Of a stretch of DNA of 64,000 bases, positions 48,686 through 57,648 are shown one piece after another; position 1 is the first letter of the stretch, and every line of letters starts with the position of its first letter. Source of the DNA: an uncultured bacterium (GTDB lineage Bacteria; Bacteroidota; Bacteroidia; Chitinophagales; Chitinophagaceae). The notes under the pieces were generated by a model. It was given only the letters and a program-made list of their open reading frames with translations, was not told the DNA's origin and made no database searches. Both the position numbers and the translations under genes were made by a program. Where the stretch lies: positions 38,686 through 102,685 of the forward strand of contig CAXBQH010000004.1 in NCBI GenBank assembly GCA_963977985.1, written 5' to 3'.

Positions 48686-49921
48686 CTAGTGGATTTTAAT
48701 TTTAGCCTTCTCAATTCTGGTATCACTTACTGCCAATATTTCTGCGTCAAAATGAGGTAAATGAATAATGGTACGGATTTTGGGTATGGACGCGTGGTGG
48801 TGTATTAAATAACCACTGAGTGTTTCTGAGCTATCTGCTGAAAAATCTATACCATATTTTTCATAGAGATAATCAAGCTCTAAGCGACCACTAAAAATAA
48901 ATTCGGTCTCTGAAATCTTTTTTTCTATTAATTCTTGTTCATCATATTCGTCTTCTATTTCGCCAAAAATTTCTTCTAGCACATCTTCCATAGTTACAAT
49001 TCCTGCTGTACCACCAAATTCATCTACCACCCAGGCAATACTTTTTCTTTTTTTTGAAAATAAATTAATTAAATCGGCGGCATTCATACTTTCAGTAACC
49101 AGTGGTATAGAATGCAAAATGGAAGCAATCGAAGAGGGCTTTTTAAATAAATCTAATTGATGAATGTATCCTATAATAACATCCAAGCTTTCTTCGTATA
49201 CAATAAGTTTGCTTAATTTGGTTTCAATAAAAATATTACTTACGGTTTCTATAGAAGTATTGATGTCAACCCCTATAATTTCTGTTCTAGGCACCAAGCA
49301 CTCTCTAATTTTTATATCGGGTAAGCTTAATGCGTTTTCAAATAAATCGGTATTGAGCTCCTGCTGTTCTTTCGATTGTTTGGTTTGTTGCACAAAATGT
49401 GCTAAATCTACTTTTGTGAATCCTTCTTTATTATGAATAATTCGAATTTGGAATAAATTTTTTAAGACCAATTGTGCTAAGTTGACCAGTAGAATAGTGA
49501 TGGGTCGAAAAACTAAATGAAAAAAATTAGCAAGGGGTGCCAAAGTAGTAATCATAGCAACTGCTCTTGCTTTAAATATAGCTTTGGGAATAAGTTCCCC
49601 TATTAATAAAATTACTAGGGTAGATATAATAGTATTTCCTAATAATATAGAGTAGGGCCCCAAAGACCATTTATTCCAAATATAGGTATCTAATAAAGAC
49701 TCAAATTGTATACCAAATACTACCAATGAAATATTCAGGCCTATTAAACAAGTGCCTATAAATTGTGTCGGAGCTTGTAAAAAAGAGGCAATTATTTTTC
49801 CTGAATGATGTCCCTGCTTTTTTTTAAGTTCTAAACTTAAGCGATTAGCACTTACAAATCCAATCTCATACCCAGAGAAAAAACCAATTAATATTAAGGA
49901 GGCTATTATAGCAAAAAGCAT
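48686..49921 (-). CDS. Hemolysin family CNNM/CBS/CorC protein
   Basis: FFSGYEIGFVS, GELIPK, VPRTEI, VVDEFGGTAGIVTMED. Confidence 0.92.
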   Translation of the reverse strand: MLFAIIASLILIGFFSGYEIGFVSANRLSLELKKKQGHHSGKIIASFLQAPTQFIGTCLIGLNISLVVFGIQFESLLDTYIWNKWSLGPYSILLGNTIISTLVILLIGELIPKAIFKARAVAMITTLAPLANFFHLVFRPITILLVNLAQLVLKNLFQIRIIHNKEGFTKVDLAHFVQQTKQSKEQQELNTDLFENALSLPDIKIRECLVPRTEIIGVDINTSIETVSNIFIETKLSKLIVYEESLDVIIGYIHQLDLFKKPSSIASILHSIPLVTESMNAADLINLFSKKRKSIAWVVDEFGGTAGIVTMEDVLEEIFGEIEDEYDEQELIEKKISETEFIFSGRLELDYLYEKYGIDFSADSSETLSGYLIHHHASIPKIRTIIHLPHFDAEILAVSDTRIEKAKIKIH

Positions 49922-49952
49922 AGCTTAGTTTTATTGCATTCAAAATTAGAAT

Positions 49953-50942
49953 TTACCATTCAGGTAATTTCGGTTTTGTTTCAACAATGTCTTCTATTTG
50001 CTCCATAATGGCGGGCGTTAATAAACTCGCTGTATGTATAGCGCTTAAATTATCTAGGAGTTGCGTTTTGTTAGTAGCGCCTAAAATGGCAGTGCTCACA
50101 TTTGGATTTTTGATACACCAAGCAATACTTAAAGAAGCAGTACTTACTTTTAATGCTTTTGCTAGGGCTGCTAATTGTTGTACTTTTTTGACACTGGCTT
50201 GAATTAATAAGCGGTCTCTTAACCATTCAAATCCTTCTAAGTGAAAACGAGAACCTTCAGGAATACCATCGTTGTATTTTCCGGTTAAAAGCCCAGAGGC
50301 TAGGGGACTCCAGATAGTAGTACCCATACCTACATTTTTAAAAATTTCTAGGTATTCGTTTTCCATTTTTGTGCGCTCAAATAAATTGTATTGAGGCTGT
50401 TCCACGCAAGGGCCTATTAAATGCTGTGCTGCAGCCACTCTATGGGCTTCCATAATTTCAACTCCACTCCATTCGCTCGTACCCCAATATAAAATTTTAC
50501 CTTGTTGAATTAAAGTATGCATTGTTTGCACTACTTCTTCAATAGGAGTGGTTTTATCGGGTCGGTGACAAAAGTAGAGATCTAAATAATCTGTTTGTAA
50601 TCTCTTTAAAGCTTCGTGACAGGCTTCTGTTAAATGTTTTCTACTAAGCCCCGTTTGATTCGGTTTGTTTTCTTTACCTCTCCATCCAAAATAAGCTTTG
50701 GAAGATAAAACTATAGAAGTTCTATCCCAGTTTTTTTTACTCAACACCCGACCCATCATTTTTTCACTCTCTCCTGCGGCATACACTTCTGCATTATCAA
50801 AAAAATTAACGCCGGCATCGTAAGCGACGCCCATTAGTTCATCGGCAATGTTGTCATTAATTTGTTTGTGAAAAGTAACCCAGCTTCCAAAACTTAGTGT
50901 GCTTAGTTGTAAGCCTGTCTTTCCCATTTTTCTATATTCCAT
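49953..50942 (-). CDS. Aldo/keto reductase (Kv-beta/KCNAB-like)
   Basis: LSFGSW, FDNAEVY, SSK, LYFCHRPD, WGTSEW, WSPL. Confidence 0.92.
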   Translation of the reverse strand: MEYRKMGKTGLQLSTLSFGSWVTFHKQINDNIADELMGVAYDAGVNFFDNAEVYAAGESEKMMGRVLSKKNWDRTSIVLSSKAYFGWRGKENKPNQTGLSRKHLTEACHEALKRLQTDYLDLYFCHRPDKTTPIEEVVQTMHTLIQQGKILYWGTSEWSGVEIMEAHRVAAAQHLIGPCVEQPQYNLFERTKMENEYLEIFKNVGMGTTIWSPLASGLLTGKYNDGIPEGSRFHLEGFEWLRDRLLIQASVKKVQQLAALAKALKVSTASLSIAWCIKNPNVSTAILGATNKTQLLDNLSAIHTASLLTPAIMEQIEDIVETKPKLPEW

Positions 50943-50950
50943 ACAATAAT

Positions 50951-51547
50951 TTATTTAGGTTTAGTATTAATGGTACTATCTGAAAGTAACGCAAAACTAT
51001 TGGGTTGGGGTTCTAAGATATGTATATCTGTTAAATTTTGATTGGCTTCAAATCCCTTACCATAAATTTTAGCAATGGGATTATGTTGTTTTACAATTAC
51101 TTCTTTATCGGTAGTGAATTTATTGGTATTTTGATCCCAGATCATTTCTTTACACCATAAAGTATCTCCCAAAACATTATATACTACCACATTGTCTTTT
51201 AAAAATATTTTATTTTCAGTTTCTTTATAATTCGCATAGTTGGCACTTAATTTACTTTCAATGTGTAAACTGTCTTTATAAAAATCTACTTTTAGGGTTT
51301 GGGGAAATTCCACCATTCTGCCACTGTCTAGTAAATATTTTTTCATTAATGGGGCCATTAGTTTAGCATTCATCTTTCCATCGGTACTTATATAAATTGA
51401 TACATCTTTACCCACATCAATACCTCCAATACGCGCACTTAAGGCTTGTACTTCATTGACATTATTTTCGCAGGCAAACATAAAAAAGCAGCTACTCACT
51501 AAAGCAACTGCTAATCTGGTTTTATTAAAAAATAATCTATTAATCAT
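50951..51547 (-). CDS. lptC: LPS export protein LptC
   Basis: Lipoprotein-like MFA-C; EFPQTLKVDFY, LWCKEMIWD, IYGKGFEAN; ATG 51547 overlaps the upstream stop. Confidence 0.85.
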   Translation of the reverse strand: MINRLFFNKTRLAVALVSSCFFMFACENNVNEVQALSARIGGIDVGKDVSIYISTDGKMNAKLMAPLMKKYLLDSGRMVEFPQTLKVDFYKDSLHIESKLSANYANYKETENKIFLKDNVVVYNVLGDTLWCKEMIWDQNTNKFTTDKEVIVKQHNPIAKIYGKGFEANQNLTDIHILEPQPNSFALLSDSTINTKPK

Positions 51548-52925
51548 ATTTGCGTTTGTTAAACCAAACATCACTTAAGCTATAACCTAATGAAAATTGA
51601 ACAAAATTTTCTTTATAATCATTTACGCTGGTGCCTCTTTGTCCTACTTGCAAAGCTAAATTTAGTAAAGTATATTGGTAATCGTAGGAGCGATATTTTC
51701 TAATGGGCAGTCCCATACCTAATGTCATTGCTGAAATTTTCAAGCCTTTACTGTCGATGTTTAAGTAGTCCTTTCCTGAATAAAAACCGGCTCTGTAAAC
51801 CACTGTAGACCAATAACTTTCGTAGTTATAGGGATTGGGACAAAACTGGAGACCTACTCTATACATCCAAGAATTAGAGAGCACATCCTTTTGTCCATAA
51901 AAACTATATTTATCTTGCCAAGCAGCACTATTGTATTCCATACCCAAAACCCATTGGTCATAATTGCCTCTGTTATCATATTCTTTTTTATGTAAAGCTA
52001 GCCCTGCTGTATAATGTGCAGGAATGACAACAGTTCCTGGAATATTTTTTGAAGAGATGGCAGTATCGAGTGGGGTAGAAGCATTCACCGTAAAATTACC
52101 AGTGGAGCGAACCATATCTTGTTTTCCAGTCATAGTTTGATCTAAAGTGGCAGTAAACCCATAACTAATCGTGTATTCAGTTTTTTGTAAAGATTTTTCT
52201 TTTTGAATTTTATAAATGGGGAAATCTCCTAATAGGCCCCATTGAAAAAAAGCGCCACCAAAAATAGTATTGGTATTAGCAGTAGACTGAAAAAAATAAT
52301 TGGAGTCGGTACTGTTTTGAAATGATTTTATATTTTCAATTTTCTTTCGTCCAAAATTATATCCTGTATTCACCCCTATGCTCAAATATTTCCAAGATTT
52401 ACCAAAACCTAAAAATAATTGGTTCAATCCGCCTTGTCCTATATAATTATTAAAAATAGTATCTCCTGAAGAGATTCTTTTAGTTTCAGTGACTGCATAA
52501 TTGATGGAAGAAAGAGGTCTTAATCCAAATGCCATTCCTGATTTTTTATTTTTATCCAAGGGTAAACCCACCACAACATAATTAGGACTTAAATAAGTGG
52601 ATTGCTCTCTTCCGGTAGGTTCAGTCAATTTCTTTAAAGTGTTGTTATAAAAATTGACACCTAAATCAAAAGTGGTCAAATAAATAGATCCGTATGAAGC
52701 AGGATTATTAAAATTGATACTTTGTCCAAAGCTTCCATTCATAGAGGAAGTATATGCGGCAGAAAAACCTCCCATAGCTTGGCTTGTGGTATTTTGACTA
52801 TTCACTACTTCTGTGCCTAAGCCATACCTTGAAAAAGGAGAATTGATTTGAGCCTTGGTAGGGGTAATAAAACACAATAAACTTAAAGTGGGTATTAGCC
52901 TAATTATTTTTTTCGCAAATAGCAT
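51540..52925 (-). CDS. Uncharacterised outer-membrane beta-barrel protein (FadL-like, Bacteroidota coaX-lptC locus)
   Basis: Signal peptide TKA-Q; NSPFSRYGLG; NPASY; C-terminal DVWFNKRKYD. Confidence 0.75.
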   Translation of the reverse strand: MLFAKKIIRLIPTLSLLCFITPTKAQINSPFSRYGLGTEVVNSQNTTSQAMGGFSAAYTSSMNGSFGQSINFNNPASYGSIYLTTFDLGVNFYNNTLKKLTEPTGREQSTYLSPNYVVVGLPLDKNKKSGMAFGLRPLSSINYAVTETKRISSGDTIFNNYIGQGGLNQLFLGFGKSWKYLSIGVNTGYNFGRKKIENIKSFQNSTDSNYFFQSTANTNTIFGGAFFQWGLLGDFPIYKIQKEKSLQKTEYTISYGFTATLDQTMTGKQDMVRSTGNFTVNASTPLDTAISSKNIPGTVVIPAHYTAGLALHKKEYDNRGNYDQWVLGMEYNSAAWQDKYSFYGQKDVLSNSWMYRVGLQFCPNPYNYESYWSTVVYRAGFYSGKDYLNIDSKGLKISAMTLGMGLPIRKYRSYDYQYTLLNLALQVGQRGTSVNDYKENFVQFSLGYSLSDVWFNKRKYD

Positions 52926-53625
52926 ACAGTCCTTTATATATTAAATTTTGGTCGGCAAATATCCTCTTTTTTAAATGAGGTACAAAATAAGAAATGTCTC
53001 CACCGGTTAATAGCACGTTAAAGTTGTCATATTTCTGCTCATAGGCTGTAATTATACCATCTATTTCAGCCGCCATCCCTAAAATTACCCCACTTAAAAT
53101 ATTGGTTTTGGTATCATAACCTACTAGGGGAAATTCATTGGAAGGGCTAATTAAAGGCAAAAGTGCAGTTTGTTCGTGCATTGCTTTAAAACGCATTTGC
53201 ATACCAGGAGAGATACTTCCTCCTAAAAAAGCGTGTGCATTATTGACAAAATTATAAGTAATACAGGTTCCTAAAGAAATGACAAGATTGTGTTGCTGGG
53301 GATATAAATCTACCGCTGCAGCAATTAAAGCTAATCTGTCTGCTCCTATAGTTTCTGGCTTACCTACGGGAGTAGTGAAATTAATAAGTGAAGTGGGTCC
53401 TAATAAATGAAACTGCGTCTTTTGAGCCAGTAATTGTTCAATGTCTTTATTATGATGAATCACCGAAGATAAAATGGTTTTTTTAGCAGGAAATTCAATG
53501 AGTAATTTTTCAATTTCTTGCACATCACCAGTACTTAGCACACGAATTTCTTTAAGCGACCCATTCAAAAATAGGGCAGCTTTCATTCGGGTATTGCCAA
53601 AATCAAAACAAATGGCGGAAGACAT
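52900..53625 (-). CDS. coaX: Type III pantothenate kinase
   Basis: DFGNTRMK, GADR, LGTCIT, GGSISPG, TGGD. Confidence 0.93.
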   Translation of the reverse strand: MSSAICFDFGNTRMKAALFLNGSLKEIRVLSTGDVQEIEKLLIEFPAKKTILSSVIHHNKDIEQLLAQKTQFHLLGPTSLINFTTPVGKPETIGADRLALIAAAVDLYPQQHNLVISLGTCITYNFVNNAHAFLGGSISPGMQMRFKAMHEQTALLPLISPSNEFPLVGYDTKTNILSGVILGMAAEIDGIITAYEQKYDNFNVLLTGGDISYFVPHLKKRIFADQNLIYKGLYAICEKNN

Positions 53626-53641
53626 AGCTTTGCTTTAGCTT

Positions 53642-53649
53642 CAAAAATA
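53642..53649 (-). promoter_or_regulatory. -7 promoter element TATTTTTG for coaX
   Basis: CAAAAATA on the + strand, 16 nt upstream of the coaX ATG. Confidence 0.55.
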
Positions 53650-53730
53650 AAGCCTTTGTTGCAAAGTTTAGGTAAAACAATAGGCAAGTTGCAAAAGATT
53701 TCGGTTATTTGAAGTACAAAATGAGCGGGG

Positions 53731-54606
53731 ATGAAAATAGCAGGGTTTACCATTATTAAAAACGCAGTAATCAATGACTTTCCCATTGTAGAAGCCATAA
53801 GGTCAATTTTGCCAGTGGTAGACGAAATGATAGTTTTAATAGGAGATTCTACCGACGCTACCACCTCTTTAATAGCATCTATAGGTGATCCAAAAATTAA
53901 AATTCATCATTCTATTTGGAATAAAAATTTAAGAAAAGGAGGTGCCGTATTAGCCGATCAAACCAATCAAGCTTTTAATCTTATTGGACCAGCATATACT
54001 TGGGCATTTTATATTCAAGCAGATGAAGTAGTGCACGAAAAATACCACGCTGCCATACAAGAAGGATGTAAAAAATATGCACAGGATACAGAAGTACAAG
54101 GGCTTTTATTTAATTACAAACATTTTTATGGCACTTACGATTATGTAGGAGATAGTAGAAAATGGTATGCCAAAGAAATTAGAATCATTAGAAATAATAA
54201 AGCCATAAGTGCTTATAGAGATGCACAAGGTTTTAGAATAGGTAATAAAAAATTACCAGTTGCAACGATTAATGCATCTATATATCATTACGGTTGGGTG
54301 AAAAGTCCCACTCAAATGCGAAAAAAAATTAAAGAGAGTAGTGTATTTTGGAATGATGATACTCAAATGCAGAAAATAAAAGCCGGTCCTGAAGATTATG
54401 ATTTTACTGAATTTGACTCTTTAGTAAAATTTACCGAAACGCATCCCGCTGTGATGCTAGAAAGAATACAAAGAAAAAATTGGAATGTAGAGATAGATCT
54501 TTCTCAAAAAAAGTTTTCTTTTAAAAATAAATGCTTGTATCTTTTTGAAAAATTTACAGGGATACGACCTTTTGATTTTAAAAATTATAAAATAATTAGA
54601 AAATAA
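53731..54606 (+). CDS. GT2-like glycosyltransferase
   Basis: GFTIIKNA, DSTD, YIQADE, HFYG, YHYGWVK. Confidence 0.82.
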   Translation: MKIAGFTIIKNAVINDFPIVEAIRSILPVVDEMIVLIGDSTDATTSLIASIGDPKIKIHHSIWNKNLRKGGAVLADQTNQAFNLIGPAYTWAFYIQADEVVHEKYHAAIQEGCKKYAQDTEVQGLLFNYKHFYGTYDYVGDSRKWYAKEIRIIRNNKAISAYRDAQGFRIGNKKLPVATINASIYHYGWVKSPTQMRKKIKESSVFWNDDTQMQKIKAGPEDYDFTEFDSLVKFTETHPAVMLERIQRKNWNVEIDLSQKKFSFKNKCLYLFEKFTGIRPFDFKNYKIIRK

Positions 54607-54607
54607 A

Positions 54608-55510
54608 ATGTATTCTATTTCCGAAATTCAACAAGGAGTGGCTAAAGGAGATTTTCTTTTACTTGCCAAAGCTATTTCCTTTATTGAAAATGGAAATGAG
54701 GGCAGCGCTCGTTTTTTAGAAGAATTATTACCCTCTGCCATTCCTATTATTGGTGTGACGGGCCCCCCTGGTGCGGGAAAAAGCACTTTAATTAATGCAC
54801 TTATAAGTACTTGGGTGGAACAAGAAAAAAAAGTAGCTGTGTTATCTGTTGACCCTTCTTCTCCATTTCATCAGGGTGCTATTTTGGGTGATCGCATTCG
54901 AATGAGGGATTGGTATTTACATTCTGGAGTTTATATTAGATCACTCGCTGCAAGAGGTCATTTGGGGGGACTGAATAGTGCTATGCTTTCACTGACTACT
55001 TTAATGCAGTCGGTAGGTTTTGATTATATTATTGTGGAGACAGTGGGTGTGGGTCAATCTGAAGTAGAGATTGCATCTTTAGCGGATACCACTGTGGTGG
55101 TGCTGGTTCCAGAAGCAGGCGATGAGGTTCAAATGATGAAATCGGGTTTAATGGAAATTGCAAATGTATTTGTGGTGAATAAAAGCGATCGACCCAATGC
55201 CGGAACTTTTGTACATCATTTACAACAAATGATTGCAGAAAATACTTCTCCACACAATAGACCACAAGTAGTAAGTACCATTGCTACTGAAAGAGAAGGT
55301 ATTTCGGAATTATTGCGTTTAATTCAAGCGCATCAATCGGGGTTACAAGGGGGACATCAAAAAAATGAAATGTTATTTACAAAAGTAATGCAACTTATAA
55401 TGACTCATAAAGTGAATCAAATTGATACCAAAAAATTGAAATTAAATTTAGAGAAAGCGTCGAGTGAGGCGCATTTCAATATTTTTAAATTTGCTCAAAA
55501 TTTCTATTAA
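54608..55510 (+). CDS. meaB: MeaB/ArgK-family G3E GTPase (B12-enzyme chaperone)
   Basis: TGPPGAGKST, VDPSSP, LGDRIRM, ETVGVGQSE, NKSD. Confidence 0.9.
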   Translation: MYSISEIQQGVAKGDFLLLAKAISFIENGNEGSARFLEELLPSAIPIIGVTGPPGAGKSTLINALISTWVEQEKKVAVLSVDPSSPFHQGAILGDRIRMRDWYLHSGVYIRSLAARGHLGGLNSAMLSLTTLMQSVGFDYIIVETVGVGQSEVEIASLADTTVVVLVPEAGDEVQMMKSGLMEIANVFVVNKSDRPNAGTFVHHLQQMIAENTSPHNRPQVVSTIATEREGISELLRLIQAHQSGLQGGHQKNEMLFTKVMQLIMTHKVNQIDTKKLKLNLEKASSEAHFNIFKFAQNFY

Positions 55511-55710
55511 GATTTTTCTTGCTTCCACCATTTAAAAGTGATGTAACCAGCAATGGCAAATGGCATTGCGGCCAAATATAGAATACCTGAATTAAAACCT
55601 TTGCCCGCTTCTTGGCCAATTTGGCTGGCCGTTTTGGTACAAATAGAGCATTGTGCGAATGCACTTATTGCCACAACTTGGGACAGTATAAAAAAAGTGA
55701 TGCGTTTCAT
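55507..55710 (-). CDS. Small exported membrane protein with CxxC motif (unknown function)
   Basis: Signal peptide AFA, then QCSICTKTA, then GFNSGILYL and a TM helix; stop overlaps the meaB stop (TTAA). Confidence 0.75.
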   Translation of the reverse strand: MKRITFFILSQVVAISAFAQCSICTKTASQIGQEAGKGFNSGILYLAAMPFAIAGYITFKWWKQEKS

Positions 55711-55724
55711 AAAAAGCCAGGAAG

Positions 55725-55916
55725 TTAAGCTTTCGCTTTGGGTGCTTTTTCAGTTTTTGCAGCGGGTTTTGCAGCAGTTGCTTTTGCTTTAGGAGCAGTA
55801 GCTTTTTTTTCAGTGGCAGCAGCGGCTGTTTTTTTAGCTACTTTATGTGGTCTGCTTTTGCCAAATGAACCTTGAAATCTTTTTCCTTTAGCTGTTTTTT
55901 TATCTCCTCTACCCAT
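55725..55916 (-). CDS. 30S ribosomal protein THX (bTHX) with Ala/Lys/Pro-rich C-terminal extension
   Basis: MGRGDKKTAKGKRFQGSFGKSRP N-terminus. Confidence 0.88.
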   Translation of the reverse strand: MGRGDKKTAKGKRFQGSFGKSRPHKVAKKTAAAATEKKATAPKAKATAAKPAAKTEKAPKAKA

Positions 55917-55949
55917 ATACTTGTTTTTTGTTGGTGTTTAAATGAAGAG

Positions 55950-55957
55950 CAAAATTA
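55950..55957 (-). promoter_or_regulatory. -7 promoter element TAATTTTG for bTHX
   Basis: CAAAATTA on the + strand, immediately after the HU terminator U-tract. Confidence 0.55.
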
Positions 55958-55989
55958 AAAAAACCCTCGCATATACGAGGGTTTTTTTT
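55957..55989 (-). terminator. Intrinsic terminator of the HU gene
   Basis: AAAAAAACCCTCG-catata-CGAGGGTTTTTTT. Confidence 0.88.
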
Positions 55990-56025
55990 CAAAATCTTGT
56001 GTTTAAGCGATTTTAGTTGTTGAAA

Positions 56026-56295
56026 CTATAATTTAGCGCCTAATTCTTTACCTGCTTTGAATTTAGCAACTTTCTTAGCTTTGATTTTGATAGTAGCACC
56101 AGTTTGTGGATTGCGTCCCATACGAGCAGCACGCTTAGAAACTGAGAATGTACCAAAACCTACTAAAGTTACTTTGTCTCCTTTTTTCAAGGCTTTAGTA
56201 ACTGCTTCGATAAAGGCATCAACAGATGCATTTGCTTGAGTTTTTGTGATCTCTGCATTGTCAGCAATGTGAGCGATCAATTCTGCTTTGTTCAT
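56026..56295 (-). CDS. hup: DNA-binding protein HU
   Basis: [25 protein letters not shown]. Confidence 0.96.
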   Translation of the reverse strand: MNKAELIAHIADNAEITKTQANASVDAFIEAVTKALKKGDKVTLVGFGTFSVSKRAARMGRNPQTGATIKIKAKKVAKFKAGKELGAKL

Positions 56296-56327
56296 AGATG
56301 TTTTTTTAAAGTTTTAAAACGATATAA

Positions 56328-56335
56328 CAAATTTA
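56328..56335 (-). promoter_or_regulatory. -7 promoter element TAAATTTG for hup
   Basis: CAAATTTA on the + strand, 32 nt upstream of the ATG. Confidence 0.6.
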
Positions 56336-56554
56336 TTGGGTTTTATCATCTCAAAAAATATTTTTTTCAAAAATTAAATTTTTATTATTCCCTTGAAACC
56401 CTTAAATAGTAAGGTTTTCGTGGTTAAATACTGAATGTTTGGATAAAAGTGATAGATTAGAAAATGATGTAAATCCTTGCTGGTATTGAGTTTGAAAGGT
56501 AATCGGCTGAAATATAGGCCAGCCTTGAGTTTTAGCTTTTTAAACTATCCACAT

Positions 56555-56857
56555 TCAATTCACAATTTGCATTTCTGTACAAAAATAGAAGCATTTATCA
56601 CCCCAATGTAGAGATACTTCCTTTAAATGCTCATTGGCCTGTAATGCTTGATAGGCTTGCCATAGCTCCTCATTGTCACAATATAATTGTAAAGTATAAG
56701 TGGGCGATTGGTCCTGAGGTACCTTAATTTGATATAATTTATGATCTGTAAATTTTTTACTTGCCAATACTAAAGGGATAAAATTATCTTTCATCCAGGC
56801 AAGCCATTGAAATTCCAAAGGGGCTTCTATTTGAAAACTTATATTATATACTTTCAT
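56555..56857 (-). CDS. DUF4286 family protein
   Basis: YNISFQI...WLAWMK...P..L.S..F...TYTLQ...WGDK. Confidence 0.8.
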   Translation of the reverse strand: MKVYNISFQIEAPLEFQWLAWMKDNFIPLVLASKKFTDHKLYQIKVPQDQSPTYTLQLYCDNEELWQAYQALQANEHLKEVSLHWGDKCFYFCTEMQIVN

Positions 56858-56875
56858 TCCTTTTTATTATAAATA

Positions 56876-57643
56876 TTAATAGAGCTCAACAACAATGGGA
56901 CAGTGATCGCTATGTTTTATCAAAGGCAAAATAGTAGCTTCTTTGATGGCGCTTTCTAAACTGTCTGTGGCACAAAGATAATCGATACGCCATCCCTTGT
57001 TCTGTAGTCTGACGCTGGGGAACCTTTGAGACCACCAAGAATAAGCTCCCGTTTGAGTGGGATGTAATTTTCTATAACAGTCTATCCATCCATTTTTTAA
57101 AAACAAGTCCATCCAAGCCCTTTCTTCAGGTAAAAATCCGGATGATTTTTTATTGCCTTTAGGATCGTGAATATCAATTTCTTGATGTGCTATATTATAA
57201 TCTCCTGCTACAATAATTTTAGCGCGCGTTTTTTTTAATTTTTTTAAATAAGTTTCAAATTCTTTCAACCATTGATATTTATAGTTTTGTCTCAACTCTC
57301 CGCTAGTACCTGAAGGGAAATAAGCATTGACGATAGTGAGCTCTCCTATGTCCATTCTTATAACTCTTCCTTCTTCGTCACTTTGTTTATATCCGCTACC
57401 TAGTTGTACAAAATCAGGTTTCACCTTACTAAAGATAGCTACTCCACTATACCCTTTTTTTTGAGCAGCTAACCAAGAAATGTGATAACCTAAACTTTTA
57501 AAAATTTGAAGGTCAACATCATTTTCACTAGCCTTGGTTTCTTGCACGCAAAGCACATCTATGGGATATTCTTTTAACCATTCGATCCATCCTTTTTTGA
57601 TGGCAGCTCTAATACCATTTACATTATAACTTACAATGCGCAT
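56876..57643 (-). CDS. xth: Exodeoxyribonuclease III / AP endonuclease
   Basis: SYNVNGIRA, QETKA, GDYNIAH, GWRIDY, SDHCP. Confidence 0.95.
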   Translation of the reverse strand: MRIVSYNVNGIRAAIKKGWIEWLKEYPIDVLCVQETKASENDVDLQIFKSLGYHISWLAAQKKGYSGVAIFSKVKPDFVQLGSGYKQSDEEGRVIRMDIGELTIVNAYFPSGTSGELRQNYKYQWLKEFETYLKKLKKTRAKIIVAGDYNIAHQEIDIHDPKGNKKSSGFLPEERAWMDLFLKNGWIDCYRKLHPTQTGAYSWWSQRFPSVRLQNKGWRIDYLCATDSLESAIKEATILPLIKHSDHCPIVVELY

Positions 57644-57648
57644 TTTAT

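Noticed and set aside
48686-49921. Hemolysin as a virulence toxin
   Set aside because: CNNM/CBS/CorC architecture indicates a Mg2+/Co2+ transport-related housekeeping protein
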